A stretch of 44,310 nucleotides of DNA from Octopus bimaculoides (taxonomy: Eukaryota), in the NCBI RefSeq assembly GCF_001194135.2, contig NC_068993.1, positions 26,592,118 to 26,636,427 of the forward strand. Reading direction: 5' to 3'. The translations under genes were made by a program, and so were the position numbers. Below the pieces are notes generated by a model. That model was not told the origin of the DNA, did not search any database, and saw only the letters and a program-made list of their open reading frames with translations. Shown here piece by piece: positions 24,974 through 36,170 of the stretch; the stretch's first letter is position 1, and every line of letters begins with the position of its first letter.

Positions 24974-25416
24974 CGCGCGTGCGTAAAGAGGGACTCAATG
25001 AGACATATGCGAGCATGTAATGGTTGGGCTTGACTGTGAAAACAAACATGCCAATAATGTAATATGTAAGAGACTTTAAGGAAAGAGTACAGCGTAGACT
25101 GGCGAGAGCTGTAAAGCAGTGCCGTTAGAAAACGTTTCATGATTTAATATTCATGTATAATCGTCATAAACAATCTACCGAATTCAAAGCGTTGCGATTT
25201 CAACCGAGAATTTGCTTCCATACTTGCGTCGAAATATGTGTCTACCGTTTTAATCAATAGCACGTTATTGTCGAACACGATAACCTTACAAATTGTAACT
25301 AAATTTCTTTGTTTGATGGGGTGATTGATTGGCCACATTTACGGGGAAAAAACATTTATTTTTATTATGAAATGAGTTAAACTACTTAATCAACGTGCTG
25401 GAATTATTCCAGAGAA

Positions 25417-25468
<52 letters not shown>

Positions 25469-25659
25469 AAGAACCACACACGGTACATATCAATATATCA
25501 CCAAATGACATCTGTAGTCCTACGTTTGTTCACTTCGGGGAAATGTGTTCAAATAATTATATTGAGATAAGACCATGCTTCCAAGTTGATTTATAAACGA
25601 AAGAAAACAAAATAACATCATAGTAGGATTTTTTTTTGTTTTTTTGTTTTTTTGATTTT

Positions 25660-26200
25660 TGACATGATGGAGTGAAGTAAAGTCTCCCTAATACTTACAA
25701 AGTCTGCTTTAAAAAAGTTGGTTACCTACGTGAGGGGTGATTGGCAAAATTCAGATTGTGAAATTTCAAAAGGAAACACTTAGGTTCTTGGGTGATAAGA
25801 GTATTTATTTTTCTTCTATATCTAGTTTAGTGGCAGTTAGTCTTCCAGAACATCATTCAAGGTAGCACGGAAAGCTTTTTTAATTTTTTTATGTATTAGA
25901 AATTGAGTTTGAGAGCAATCACTGTGTGTTTATATGTCAATACGCGCATTATCACTTATTAAAACTATCAAATTACAGAATTCATTTTGGAGAGTAATAT
26001 AATGGTATTCAAAACTTTTATGATCTTAATCATTATGGTGGGTATTTTATTGTCTTCAGTCCGTGTATGTTATAAAATTAGTATTTTGATGCGTCTTTTT
26101 CACTGAAGTAATTTCTTCATTTTCATCTATTCAGTTTTCTATAGGAAGCTTTCAGTTTTGTATAGAAAGCACTTAGAAGTTGTGCTTTTCTCACCCGCTT
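25660..26200 (-). mobile_element. Possible heavily decayed PLE reverse transcriptase
   Basis: Fragments IHGLKTIKYPP**LRS...PLYYSPK (cf. YGLPKxHK..LRPI..PxYxLSK) and HTVIALK. Many stops. Confidence 0.35.
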
Positions 26201-26282
26201 ATTTCCTATTATTCTACACACCGTGTCCTTTATTTTCCTCACCATTTTTTAAACTATCTAATTTTGAATATATATTTGCCTT

Positions 26283-26500
26283 TAAGGTGGCGAGCTGGCA
26301 GAAACTTTTGAACGCCGGGCGAAATGCTTCGCGGTTATTTCCTCTCCCGCGACGTTTGTCGACTTTGCCTTTCATCCTTTCGGAGTCGATTAAATAAGTA
26401 CCAGTTATGCATTGGGGTCGATGTAATCGACTTAATCCCTTTGTCTGTCCTTGTTTGTTACCTCTACGTTTAGCTCCCTGTGGGCAATAAAGAAATAAAT
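26283..26500 (+). mobile_element. SINE family A
   Basis: aaggtggcgagctggcagaa...gtcgactttgcctttcatcctttcggagtcgattaaataagtaccag plus tail. Confidence 0.9.
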
Positions 26501-26748
26501 ATATTTTTTCCTAGTGTAGTTTTATACTTTGATAAACCCCTGATTATTTACATGAGCTAATTCTTTCACGAGCTAATCCTTTCCCTCCTCCACCTCCCCC
26601 ACCTCCTCCTCCTAAAGCCTTTATAAATTGCTAACATTTTTCTTCATTGCTGAAACTTCGAAGTCACAGTCAGCGTTTTTTAAAAAGCAAATAAATATTT
26701 GGCTCGATTACATTATCTATCTATGTATCTATCTATCTAGCTAGCTAT

Positions 26749-26905
26749 AAGAAGGCAGCAGGATTTGGATAAATACTGTTTACTGAGCACTTTCATTCTC
26801 CTCAGGGGTTCAACATGAATTGTAAGCTTTCAATTTCTGATGAATCCCTGAAGGGAATAAAAATATTCAATAAATAGAATTTATCCAAATCCTGACTACC
26901 TTCTT
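26749..26905. mobile_element. ~157-bp MITE
   Basis: aagaaggcagcaggatttggataaat and atttatccaaatcctgactaccttctt form inverted termini. Confidence 0.7.
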
Positions 26906-26989
26906 TATTTGTATATAAAAGCTGTAAGCCACTACAAATAATCTACGCGCGCGCGCGCGCGCACACACACGTGCATGTATGTATATTTC

Positions 26990-27205
26990 CAATATGTGAC
27001 CGCGTGTGCATCGTTGGCGATTTTCTTTCTCTGTCTTCCCTTCTTTGGACTTTTCCTATATTTCTGATGAAGAGCTTCGCTCGAAACGTGTAATCTTCTT
27101 TCTTTTCTTTCTTTTCCTGAGCGTCCAATAACACTGTACTTATTCTACGTCCTCGTGTTGTTGTTTTTTCGTGTTTTTTCTTGCTTGTTCATGTTTGAAT
27201 TGACT
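26990..27205 (+). mobile_element. Family H repeat with minimal HHR-like core
   Basis: CTGATGA(27064-70)-A-GAGC-TTC-GCTC-GAAAC(27083-87)-GT; the repeat is flanked by (CA/CG)n and (TA)n runs. Confidence 0.7.
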
Positions 27206-27545
27206 ATATATATATATATATATATACGAGATCTGATCAAAAAGTATCAGGAACTGTTGCTGTGGTAACGGAGCTAAAGTACTAAAGTAGTCAGAATGAA
27301 GCCGCTTGGCACAGATCACCCTTGAACCCTGTCGCGTATGCACACCAAGTTGTAACGTTCTTGCTCACTTTCGTTGTTTCTAGCGATACGTAAAAGGTGC
27401 GTAGGGTGTGGTTGTCTCACCAAACCACAGGGGTTCCATTAGTGACCACTGCAGAGAAGATGTCTGTGTACGCGTATGTATGTGTTGCGTGTGTGTGAGT
27501 GTGTGTGTATGTGTGTGCGTATGCGTATATGTGTGTTATTTTTTA

Positions 27546-27767
27546 CTACCCACAAGGGGCTACACACAGAGGGGACAAACAAGGACAGACAAACGGATTA
27601 AGTCGATTATATCGACCCCAGTGCGTAACTGGTACTTATTTAATCGACCCCGAAAGGATGAAAGGCAAAATCGACTTCGGCGGAATTTGAACTCAGAACG
27701 TAGCGGCAGACGAAATACCGCTAAGCATTTCGCCCGGTGTGCTAACGTTTCTGCCAGCTCGCCGCCT
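27546..27767 (-). mobile_element. SINE family A, full length
   Basis: Reverse complement of the 26283 copy, including the tail. Confidence 0.92.
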
Positions 27768-28116
27768 TTGCGTATATGTGTGTGTGTTTGTGCGTACGTG
27801 TTGGTGTTGTGCGTGTGCGCGCGAATGCGTGCGTGGAAAGAGACAAGGCTTATTACGGCTAAGAATCTTTCCAAAAACCAAATCCCATTTGAAAGAAACA
27901 TGATTTCTAGATCTCGAGGAAATCCAAGAAAATGCAACGAGGCAGCTGCTTGCTCTTCGTAAAAGGACTTCCAGAAATGCTTCTATCAATGGAAGCGACG
28001 CTAGATAAAGTGTGTGACTTCAGAAGAGGACTACTTCGAAGGAGATTAAATGCTGAATTGGTATACGTTGTAGTTTTCTTTTTGTAGCACCACTCCCGAT
28101 ACTTTTTTCATTAGAC

Positions 28117-28174
<58 letters not shown>

Positions 28175-28657
28175 NNNNNNNNNNNNNNNNNNNNNNNNNN
28201 NNNNNNNNNNNNNNNNNNNNNNNNNNNNNNNNNNNNNNNNNNNNNNNNNNNNNNNNNNNNNNNNNNNNNNNNNNNNNNNNNNNNNNNNNNNNNNNNNNNN
28301 NNNNNNNNNNNNNNNNNNNNNNNNNNNNNNNNNNNNNNNNNNNNNNNNNNNNNNNNNNNNNNNNNNNNNNNNNNNNNNNNNNNNNNNNNNNNNNNNNNNN
28401 NNNNNNNNNNNNNNNNNNNNNNNNNNNNNNNNNNNNNNNNNNNNNNNNNNNNNNNNNNNNNNNNNNNNNNNNNNNNNNNNNNNATGTATTTAGTAATAAA
28501 TCAAAGACATATATACATATATATATATATATATATATGCATGTATGTGTAATTTTCCAATGTGTACAAATAACACGAAAAAAATAAATAAATAGTTACC
28601 AGGGTAGCAAAAATTCACATAAATACCAGCCGACTTATAAAGGTGGAAATTCCAGGG

Positions 28658-29055
28658 TTACTCTTTACTCTTTACTTGTTTCAGTCATTTGACTGCGGCC
28701 ATGCTGGAGCACCGCCTTTAGTCGAGCATATCGACCCCAGGACTTATTCTTTGTAAGCCTAGTACTTATACTATCGATCTCTTTTGCCGAACCGCTAAGT
28801 TACGGGGACGTAAACAAACCACCAACGGTTGTCAAGCAATGTTGGGGGGACAAACAAACACACACAAACACACACACATATATACATATATACGACAGGC
28901 TTCTTTCAGTTTCCGTCTACCAAATCCACTCACAAGGCTTTGGTCGGCCCGAGGCTATAGTAGAAGACACTTGCTCAAGGTGCCACGCAGTGGGAATGAA
29001 CCCGAAACCATGTGGTTGGTAAATAAGCTACTTACCACACAGCCACTCCTGCGCC
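28658..29055 (-). mobile_element. SINE family B, full length
   Basis: Head ggcgcaggagtggctgtgtggtaagtagc, CORE-like segment and (AAAGAGT)n tail. Confidence 0.92.
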
Positions 29056-29130
29056 TAAGTGAAATGTTTTTGTATAACGTAGATAAATTAAGAAATGGAG
29101 TCAAATGCAGATGTTAGTCAAATCTTTATA

Positions 29131-29218
29131 CTTCCGACATATGTTTCGAAGAAAACATTGATATTATTCCGTTGGGAATAAAATGATGTAAAACAATGCA
29201 ATCATCTCGTCGGGGAAA
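29131..29218 (-). ncRNA. Type I hammerhead ribozyme with a U4C core substitution
   Basis: Minus strand TTTCC-CCGACGA-GA...TC-GAAAC-ATAT-GTC-GGAAG: 5-bp stem I, palindromic stem III ACATATGT, GUC triplet. Confidence 0.7.
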
Positions 29219-29399
29219 AAAGAGAAACAAAACACATCAATAAGCCATTTTAACCGAATGTGATTACCACGTATATGATGAAGGGCAAGTTATTTTTTAA
29301 AAAAACGGTAATAGATTTAACTTGGAGGCAATTTCAAGAAAGAGAAGGAGGAGAAAGAAATTGACAGAAAGTTAAGTGGGGAAATATAGTGTGAGAGAT

Positions 29400-29995
29400 G
29401 AATGGGGATAAAGCTTAAAAGCGTGGAAATAGATATATGTAGTGAAAATGAAACGTAAGAAGACAGTTAAAGGTTGAATTTAAAGACATCAGAACCGAAA
29501 GTAATTTTACATTAATAAACAGAGTTTCTAGTCTTAGAATTCCTGCTAAGGAACGAATACGATTCGAATTTATATCAGAAATATTAATATTGTTGTTATT
29601 ATTGTTCAAAGAATGGTTAGCGTTAATAATATCAATGTTATTATTTTCATTAAGTAGATTTGTATTTAACAACTTATTCTTATGCGAAGAGATTATTTGT
29701 AATGGAATGGTATCTTGAATTTTCTGGGAAATTCTTATCTATAGCTTCACGAAACTGGTAAGGGAGTTTGGATTTGATCTGCTTACCATATGGAATTATC
29801 AACCAAACACTTTTACTTGGACACACCTTGTTATTAGGGTAATTAGCTTTAAAGGTCCTAGATTTATTTTTATTACGTATAAAGCGACGTAAAGAACGGT
29901 TATCTCCCTTACGCTGCAAAATTACATTTTTCGATTTAGTGTTGTTATTCGAACTAAAATTTATATTGTTATTACCGTTATGACCTTTTTTTTTC
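29400..29995 (-). mobile_element. Penelope-like element relic, internally deleted
   Basis: PSKSVWLIIPYGKQIKSKLPYQFREAIDKNFPENSRYHSITN resembles the PLE linker IIWFNPPY...FLxLIDKHFPxxHxLHKIFN. It lies upstream of the HHR at 29131 on the same strand. Confidence 0.6.
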
Positions 29996-29996
29996 A

Positions 29997-30170
29997 TGGT
30001 GTGTTTACGTCCCCGTAACGGAGCGGTTCGGCATAAGAGACCGATAGAATAAGTACTANNNNNNNNNNTTCGGCATAAGAGACCGATAGAATAAGTACTA
30101 GGCTTACAAAGAATAAGTCCTGGGGTCGATTTGCTCGACTAAAGGCGGTGCTCCAGCATGGCCGCAGTCA
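29997..30170 (+). mobile_element. SINE family B 3' half
   Basis: ggtgtgtttacgtccccgtaac...aaggcggtgctccagcatggccgcagtc. Confidence 0.88.
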
Positions 30171-30172
30171 AA

Positions 30173-30222
<50 letters not shown>

Positions 30223-30339
30223 CAGTCATTCGAATGCAACAATGCTAGCACACCTACTAGATAATAGTGTGCAAAATGTTGGGTTAATTGAAACCCTTAG
30301 AAAAAGTCGAGTATGTAGGTTTGAGTCCCATCGGCAGCC

Positions 30340-30712
30340 TTCGACAACAATCCTACATGGTAGAGAGACATCGGCGCTGAATGCAGAGGATATGTAAAAG
30401 CTAGAGAGGAATGAGACTTGTATGTTCCACTGGATATGTAATGTAAGTGTACATGTGTGACAGAGCGCTAGTGTATTGAGACAGAAGGTAGGCATAAGAG
30501 GAATTAGATGCAGTGCGCAAAGAGAGGAGACTGTGCTGGTTTGGTCAAGTGATGTGGATGGATGCTGACTGCATTAGGAAGAGCATCCAGCCGTAGAAAC
30601 CATACTAAATCAGACTGGAGACGGGTGCAGCTCTCCAGATTGCCAGCTCTGATCAAACTGTCCAACCCATATTAGCATGAACAACGGACATTAAAAGATG
30701 ATGATGATGATG
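30340..30712 (+). mobile_element. RTE-clade LINE 3' fragment with (GAT)n tail
   Basis: ILHGRETSALNAEDM*KLERNETCMFHWICNVSVHV...LRQKVGIRGIRCS/ERRLCWFGQVMWMD. Confidence 0.8.
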
Positions 30713-30747
30713 AGGAGGAGGAGGAGGATGATATATACACGCGCGCA

Positions 30748-31290
30748 CACGAGGGAAGGTCAAAGCTTTTCCGCGCTTTCGCCAAAATTTTCTTTAGGTT
30801 GGTCATACTCCGCCTTCAGCGCACGCGTGCTAAAAGGTGGACTTTTGTGGTTACGTACCTGAGGTTTGACCGTGATCGCTCCAGTTTTCTTCCTTTAGAG
30901 CAGTGTACTCCAAAGGAGAACAATGATCAGTGTTCCAATTACTTTGATCTGAAGGTGTGTCTGAAGCTGAAATTCATCGCAAGCTGCTCTACGGCCTCCA
31001 AGTGTGTATGAGTGAATCGAGAAGTTTAAGAATGACCGACAAACGTGAAGCACGAAGAGGGAGCAGGACGCCCGTCAACCTCCACCACTGACGTGAAGAT
31101 TCAACAAATTCGAAAGATGGTTTTGGCGAACCGATAAGTGACCCTCAATGAAGTAGCATGTTCTCTGCAAATAGTCATGGTTCTGCATATGAAATCATCA
31201 ATGACAAACTTCGCTTTCTTAATGTCTATGCGAGATGGGTTCCCAAAGAGCTTACCGAAGCGCATAAGCGCCAATCAGAAAACAGCACGT
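30748..31290 (+). mobile_element. Mariner 5' half (TIR start and N-terminal transposase relic)
   Basis: cacgagggaaggtcaaag terminus; GAGRPSTSTTDVKIQQIRKMVLANR*VTLNEVA/SHGSAYEIINDKLRFLNVYARWVPKELTEAHK. Confidence 0.88.
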
Positions 31291-31374
31291 TCGCTGCCTC
31301 TTCCGTCATCAGGAGGCGGGGCGCATCGGCATATCAAGACATTAAACTAACTACAGTAAACAGTGAAAAGCATG

Positions 31375-31571
31375 AAAACATACACGAACAAATTAAATAT
31401 TTAAAAGCTTCGAACAAATCAACAGGAGTTGCTAGAAATAACAGTCAAAACATAACAATATACACGAGCAATGTAACAGTAAAAACAGTGAAAAACATTT
31501 GCGAGCAAATCAAATGTTTAGAAGCTTCGAGCAAACCAACAGGAGTTGCAAGAAATAACAGTCAAAACATT
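31375..31571 (+). repeat. Diverged tandem duplication, 117-bp period
   Basis: Two ~80-bp units ...aagcttcga.caaa.caacaggagttgc.agaaataacagtcaaaacat. Confidence 0.85.
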
Positions 31572-32202
31572 GCTTAAAAAATGTTTATTAGTTTAAAAAA
31601 TTCAAGAACGCAAGTTTGCAATACACTCTAGAATTTTATAAAATAATCTTTCTCGTATCTCCTTCTCCAGATAAATCCACAAAGATAAGAATCAACCATG
31701 GAACGGTGTGTCCCACACTGGCGTTTGTTTCCACGCTTTAAAGATGCCCAGGTACTCTCAATATGTTGATTACACTCATCTTTGGTTACTATGGAAATAG
31801 AGTTATTCGCAATCAGCTCTGCATTATTGGTGCTTCTTTGCTTTGGTTACTATGGAAACAGAGTTCTTCACCACGGTAATGTGTAAAACACTCGCTTCTG
31901 ATTGGCTAAAATACCCAAATTTTGCCAAATTTGAAAGGCTAATAATTTTTTAATTATCGATTTATAGGAAAAATGAATTTCATTTTCATAATTAGTATAG
32001 AAAACTTAATCCATAAACCAAATTTGAAAATAATTGGAACAAAATTGTAAACAGTGACGAAAGCCACAAAGATCCAACCCTTAGTTTCGCCAATATTTCA
32101 ATTTTCAATGTTTACATTTGTTATTAAAAAGCCTTTTAGAAGGTTTATCAACAAAGTATATCATGTAGTGAGACACTTTTAAAATTTAGTCAATATCAAC
32201 GT

Positions 32203-32235
<33 letters not shown>

Positions 32236-32245
32236 ATGCAACCAT

Positions 32246-32285
<40 letters not shown>

Positions 32286-32499
32286 ATAGACACGTACTCA
32301 CCAATACATACGTACACACACAGCAATACCAAACCACTCACACACTTGTCACCTCGCCTCTCACCACCAAATCTTACTGTTGCTAACCTGTCAGACCACT
32401 CCCTTACACATACATTATTCACTTAAATACAATGACACACACACTCGGGTACATACACACAGGCCATTTTCGCACTCTCCTGCCGTTAAAAACTATTTT

Positions 32500-32715
32500 C
32501 TCTCTACTTCCAGTCACTTAAGTCATGTGACCACACACGTGCTTTTGGACTATTTTCCCCCTGCTTCTGGACCTTTCCCCTCTCCTCTTTCTGATGAAGA
32601 GCCATGCTTGAAATGTGCGACCCCCACCTCTTTTTACCAGCTTAAACTGAACGTCAACTGTGTACGTACTTTTGCTGTTTTGTTTTTATTTTTATTTTCG
32701 ATTTGCCTATACACA
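32500..32715 (+). mobile_element. Family H repeat
   Basis: tttCTGATGA(32591-97)agagccatgcttGAAATgt; colinear with 26990-27205. Confidence 0.65.
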
Positions 32716-32794
32716 CACGCGCGCGCTCACACACACACACACNNNNNNNNNNNNNNNNNNNNNNNNNNNNNNNNNNNNNNNNNNNNNNNNNAAA

Positions 32795-32970
32795 TATCTA
32801 AAAAAAACACGGTGATGGAAGTAAACAAAAACAGAACAAACAAACGGCACACGCTCGGGAAAATTGGAAGATGTTTTTACATACGCTCTTCTACGGAAAG
32901 GATAGATGAGGAGAGAAAAATAGAAAAAAAAAAATTCAAACGTGTCTCAGTTAGACGGTCTCTGCACACA
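32795..32970 (-). mobile_element. Family H repeat, strongly decayed
   Basis: Minus strand cctttccgtagaagagcgtatgtaaaaacatcttccaattttcccgagcgtgtgccg. Confidence 0.5.
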
Positions 32971-33959
32971 AACAAATTTTTAATGTCCTGTCGAGCTATA
33001 GTACTCTTTCGCTATCCAGAAAGTAAATTATGTAAGTCATTAAGTTATGTAGCTACTACTTTTTTTCCCTCCACATTCGTAGAGTTCTATGCGTCAACAA
33101 TAGAAAACAATAGAAAACAAAGTGTGTGTGTGTGTGTGTGGTGGGGGGGATGCTTATAACTAGAAAGTTATTGTAGCAGATACGATTTCAGAACCGACAT
33201 TTCTAATATAGTACTCTGTACATTGTCTATGTCCCCATTTCATGTGATTGCTTTCAGGTTTAGGAGCAGCAACTAGCGGAGCAGAAAGAGCAGGTCACTC
33301 TATTGAGGAGCGACAAGTATTGGCATAGAAAGAGCTGTATTTGGAGGATCTGTAATCGTTGAACAGAATCTGGGTGGGCTCGACAAAAGACAGTTTATAA
33401 AAGGGACAGTGTCCATTTGTATCGTAGCAGTAGAATCTTTTAATAGAACGCTTGAGAGTAAGTGGTGAAGATAGGAGGAGAAAGTTGGAAGAAAGATGTA
33501 GATGATAGAGACAGCGATAAAAAGAAAAAGAGAGTTTGTAAGGGAGGAAGAAAATTGGTTGAAGACGGGGAGGGAAGAGAAAGATGTGGTGCGTCGAGAG
33601 AAAAAGAAAATACTGTCAAAGATATTTTGTTGCAAAAGATTCAGAAAAAGATGCTGGAGATAAAAATGACATAGGAAGAGGAATTGGGGGAGAAAGAATA
33701 GAGATGAGGAAGAAACAGAAGGGAGGGAGAGAAAGAAAAAGAGGACATTGATTATGTTGATTATGTTTTCAATGACATCACTGACCATACACCAAAATCC
33801 TTTTTCCATTTTAAAAAATTGTGGAAATTTGATACGTCATGAATTTAAATATTGTAAAACGTTATTTTATATAGTATTTGATGACACAAAATTAACAAAT
33901 CGTTGTTATGCTATTTTAAAAGAGTGCGTGTAACATGTGTGTGTTTGCGTATTTGTCTG

Positions 33960-34110
33960 TATGGCCGTGTGGTAAGCACAAGCATGGTTGTATGGTTAAG
34001 AAACTCGCTTTGCATCTACGTGGTTTTAGGTTAGTGTCTTCTATTATTGCTCCAGGCTGAGTAATGCCTTATGAGTGAATTTGGTAGATGAAAGGTGTTT
34101 GGAAGCTCAT
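33960..34110 (+). mobile_element. Decayed SINE family B head
   Basis: tggttgtatggttaagaaactcgct...gtgtcttctatt...gtgaatttggtagatgaaag. Confidence 0.6.
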
Positions 34111-34324
34111 TGTGTGTGTGTGTGTGTGTATGTGTGTGTGTGTGTGTGTGTGTTTGTGTGTGTGTGTTTGTGTGTGTGTGCGCGCGTGCGTGCGCGTGTG
34201 TGTCAAAACCACTAGCCAATGGACAGCATCATATACTGCATATCCTGCTAAATACTGCATTTAATTATTCAGCGAACACGGACTATATATTTATTAGTGC
34301 AATGATAAGTTGCTCTATGTGAGG

Positions 34325-35260
34325 GATATGCCAACATTGTCGGGGTAAAAGAGGAAAAAGTTGAAACAAGATTGATGCGTTATTCTATTGGAAAAGGTAC
34401 CATACCTCTATTGGTTAAACCTCTAAAGCTACTGGAAATGTGATTGTTAGCTTTCACAATACAGTCGAAACGTTAGTTAATGATGACCACGAAGTGAGCT
34501 TCAAGTCAACATTCAAAGTACAAGAAATGTATCCTCATTCCAACCCCAAGTAACTGATACCATACTACGGTTCCATATCGCAACCGATTATATAAAAAGG
34601 ATCTAAATATGCACTTGGAATTGTCATTGCTAAACACTTCATATTAGCCACTGAAGTAGGCAATAGACTATAAAGACTGAATCCGCCAATATGGCTGCCT
34701 TAACCATGTATGACCAGAAATATAGAAAAAGATATGTTGTTTTAAAACTTCTAGACAACAATGTCAAGAAAACAACTGAGAGGCAGAAACTATGACGTTC
34801 TTTAGTCTATGTTTATCTTTGTGGATGTAAAATAAAGAAACTGCTTTGAAATGTCATAAATCCAAGGAATCAAAACTGTGCCGTGCATGGAATTTTATAC
34901 ATACAATTTCATAGTTCGTGATAATTTCTTTGACTGCATGCAATGACGTCAAACTTTATTTTACCATTATCATTTTGACAGGCTTGTCAAGATGGGGACA
35001 GAAAGGTTGTTATACATAAGGATACACTGCAAGGAATTGCGTGTGAAGTCATGCAATTTATCTAAGACATAGCATCAACCATGATTGGAGACAGAGTGAC
35101 TGGTCAGGTGTGCATTGTTCCAACAAGTTTCACAGGAGTTCAACATACATGTCTGAATGCACTCAAGACATCGAGCTTTATTCAAGAATTTATAGCAGAC
35201 CAGATCTCTTCATCACTTTAACCGGTAATGCTGCTCGGAAAGAAATAAGTGAGAAACTTT
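34325..35260 (+). mobile_element. Helitron RepHel relic (helitron_like_N region)
   Basis: Colinear motifs: ICQHC, FKSTFKVQ, RNYDVL*SMFIF, CMEFYTYNFIVRDN, DRLVKMGTERLLYIRIHCKELRV, VPTSFTG, YMSECTQD, YSRPDLFITLTGN. Confidence 0.85.
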
Positions 35261-35729
35261 TCCCATGGTAGTATATCAGGAAAAGATAGAAACCAAAACG
35301 ATGTCCCTTGTTACAAGAACGGTAGAAAGGAGACCTTCCTCACGCGCACATTCTCATTTAGCTAGAAACAAAAACTCAAGTCAAATATACTTAATTATAT
35401 CAGCAGAGCTTCCAAATCCTATAAGTACCCAGAGGCTTCTTGTACCATCAAATAAACAATGGTTGATGGCCCGTATGGGCTCTTCATCTCAGCAGCTTCT
35501 TGCATGGAAAAAAAGATTTTCATCAAAACTAATTGTAGAATTCTGTCACTCAGTCAAATCAATGAAATGCGTGTAAAAATACGGTCGCAAGAGGCCTGAT
35601 GCTGTTGCGATGAAGTGACGCGATTTCTGTTGGGAAGATGCATCAGCAGCAATGATACCTTCTATCAAATTTATTAATTTCTAATTTGTGAATGACACCT
35701 GCCATGTAAAATGGACAAACAGGGAATAC

Positions 35730-36170
35730 CATGTTTTCATCATGAATTTTCTCTGATGAGGGCAGACTAAACATCTCTATTCTGGAGTTTAAAAAAGTCC
35801 CCGAGTTAAGTGCGTTTTTTCAGGATCCTTGCTTTTTCGGCCAAACAAAGCTTACATCTATTGCTCCCGCTGAGGTACGGCCCTGGTTATAATACTCACT
35901 GATATTTTTTATCGCAAGGTATAGAAATGTGATTACGAATTATAAGCAGCGCTAGTGTGTTTTAATATCCAGTACTAAGAGGGAATCTTTCCCAGAGTGG
36001 TGTGTCGCAGCAAACTGGTGATCGAGCATAACACATATATTGAGTATGTCCGGTCGATAACACCTTATAACACTAGCGCTGTTTTTAATTCATAATTGAA
36101 TCTAATCTTCCGTAAAGATTGTCTTGGCATACCAGCAAATATTTATTACACTATCTGTAAATAGGGCTAA
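35730..36170 (-). mobile_element. Penelope-like GIY-YIG C-terminal relic
   Basis: PGPYLSGSNRCKLCLAEKARIL, KNALNS and CPHQRKFMMK. Confidence 0.75.

Noticed and set aside
30030-30100. Direct repeat ttcggcataagagaccgatagaataagtacta on both sides of a 10-N gap
   Set aside because: Most likely an unmerged contig overlap (assembly artefact).
33258-33328. Possible terminal exon after ttgctttcag (GLGAATSGAERAGHSIEERQVLA*)
   Set aside because: Acceptor only, no recognisable protein and no nearby poly(A) signal.
33300-33809. 169-aa hydrophobic minus ORF
   Set aside because: It arises from a purine-rich low-complexity tract; no family motif is recognisable.
35748-35775. CTGATGAGGGCAGACTAAAC resembling an HHR core on +
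   Set aside because: It lacks GAAAC and stem II, and is the antisense of PLE coding sequence (CPHQRK).
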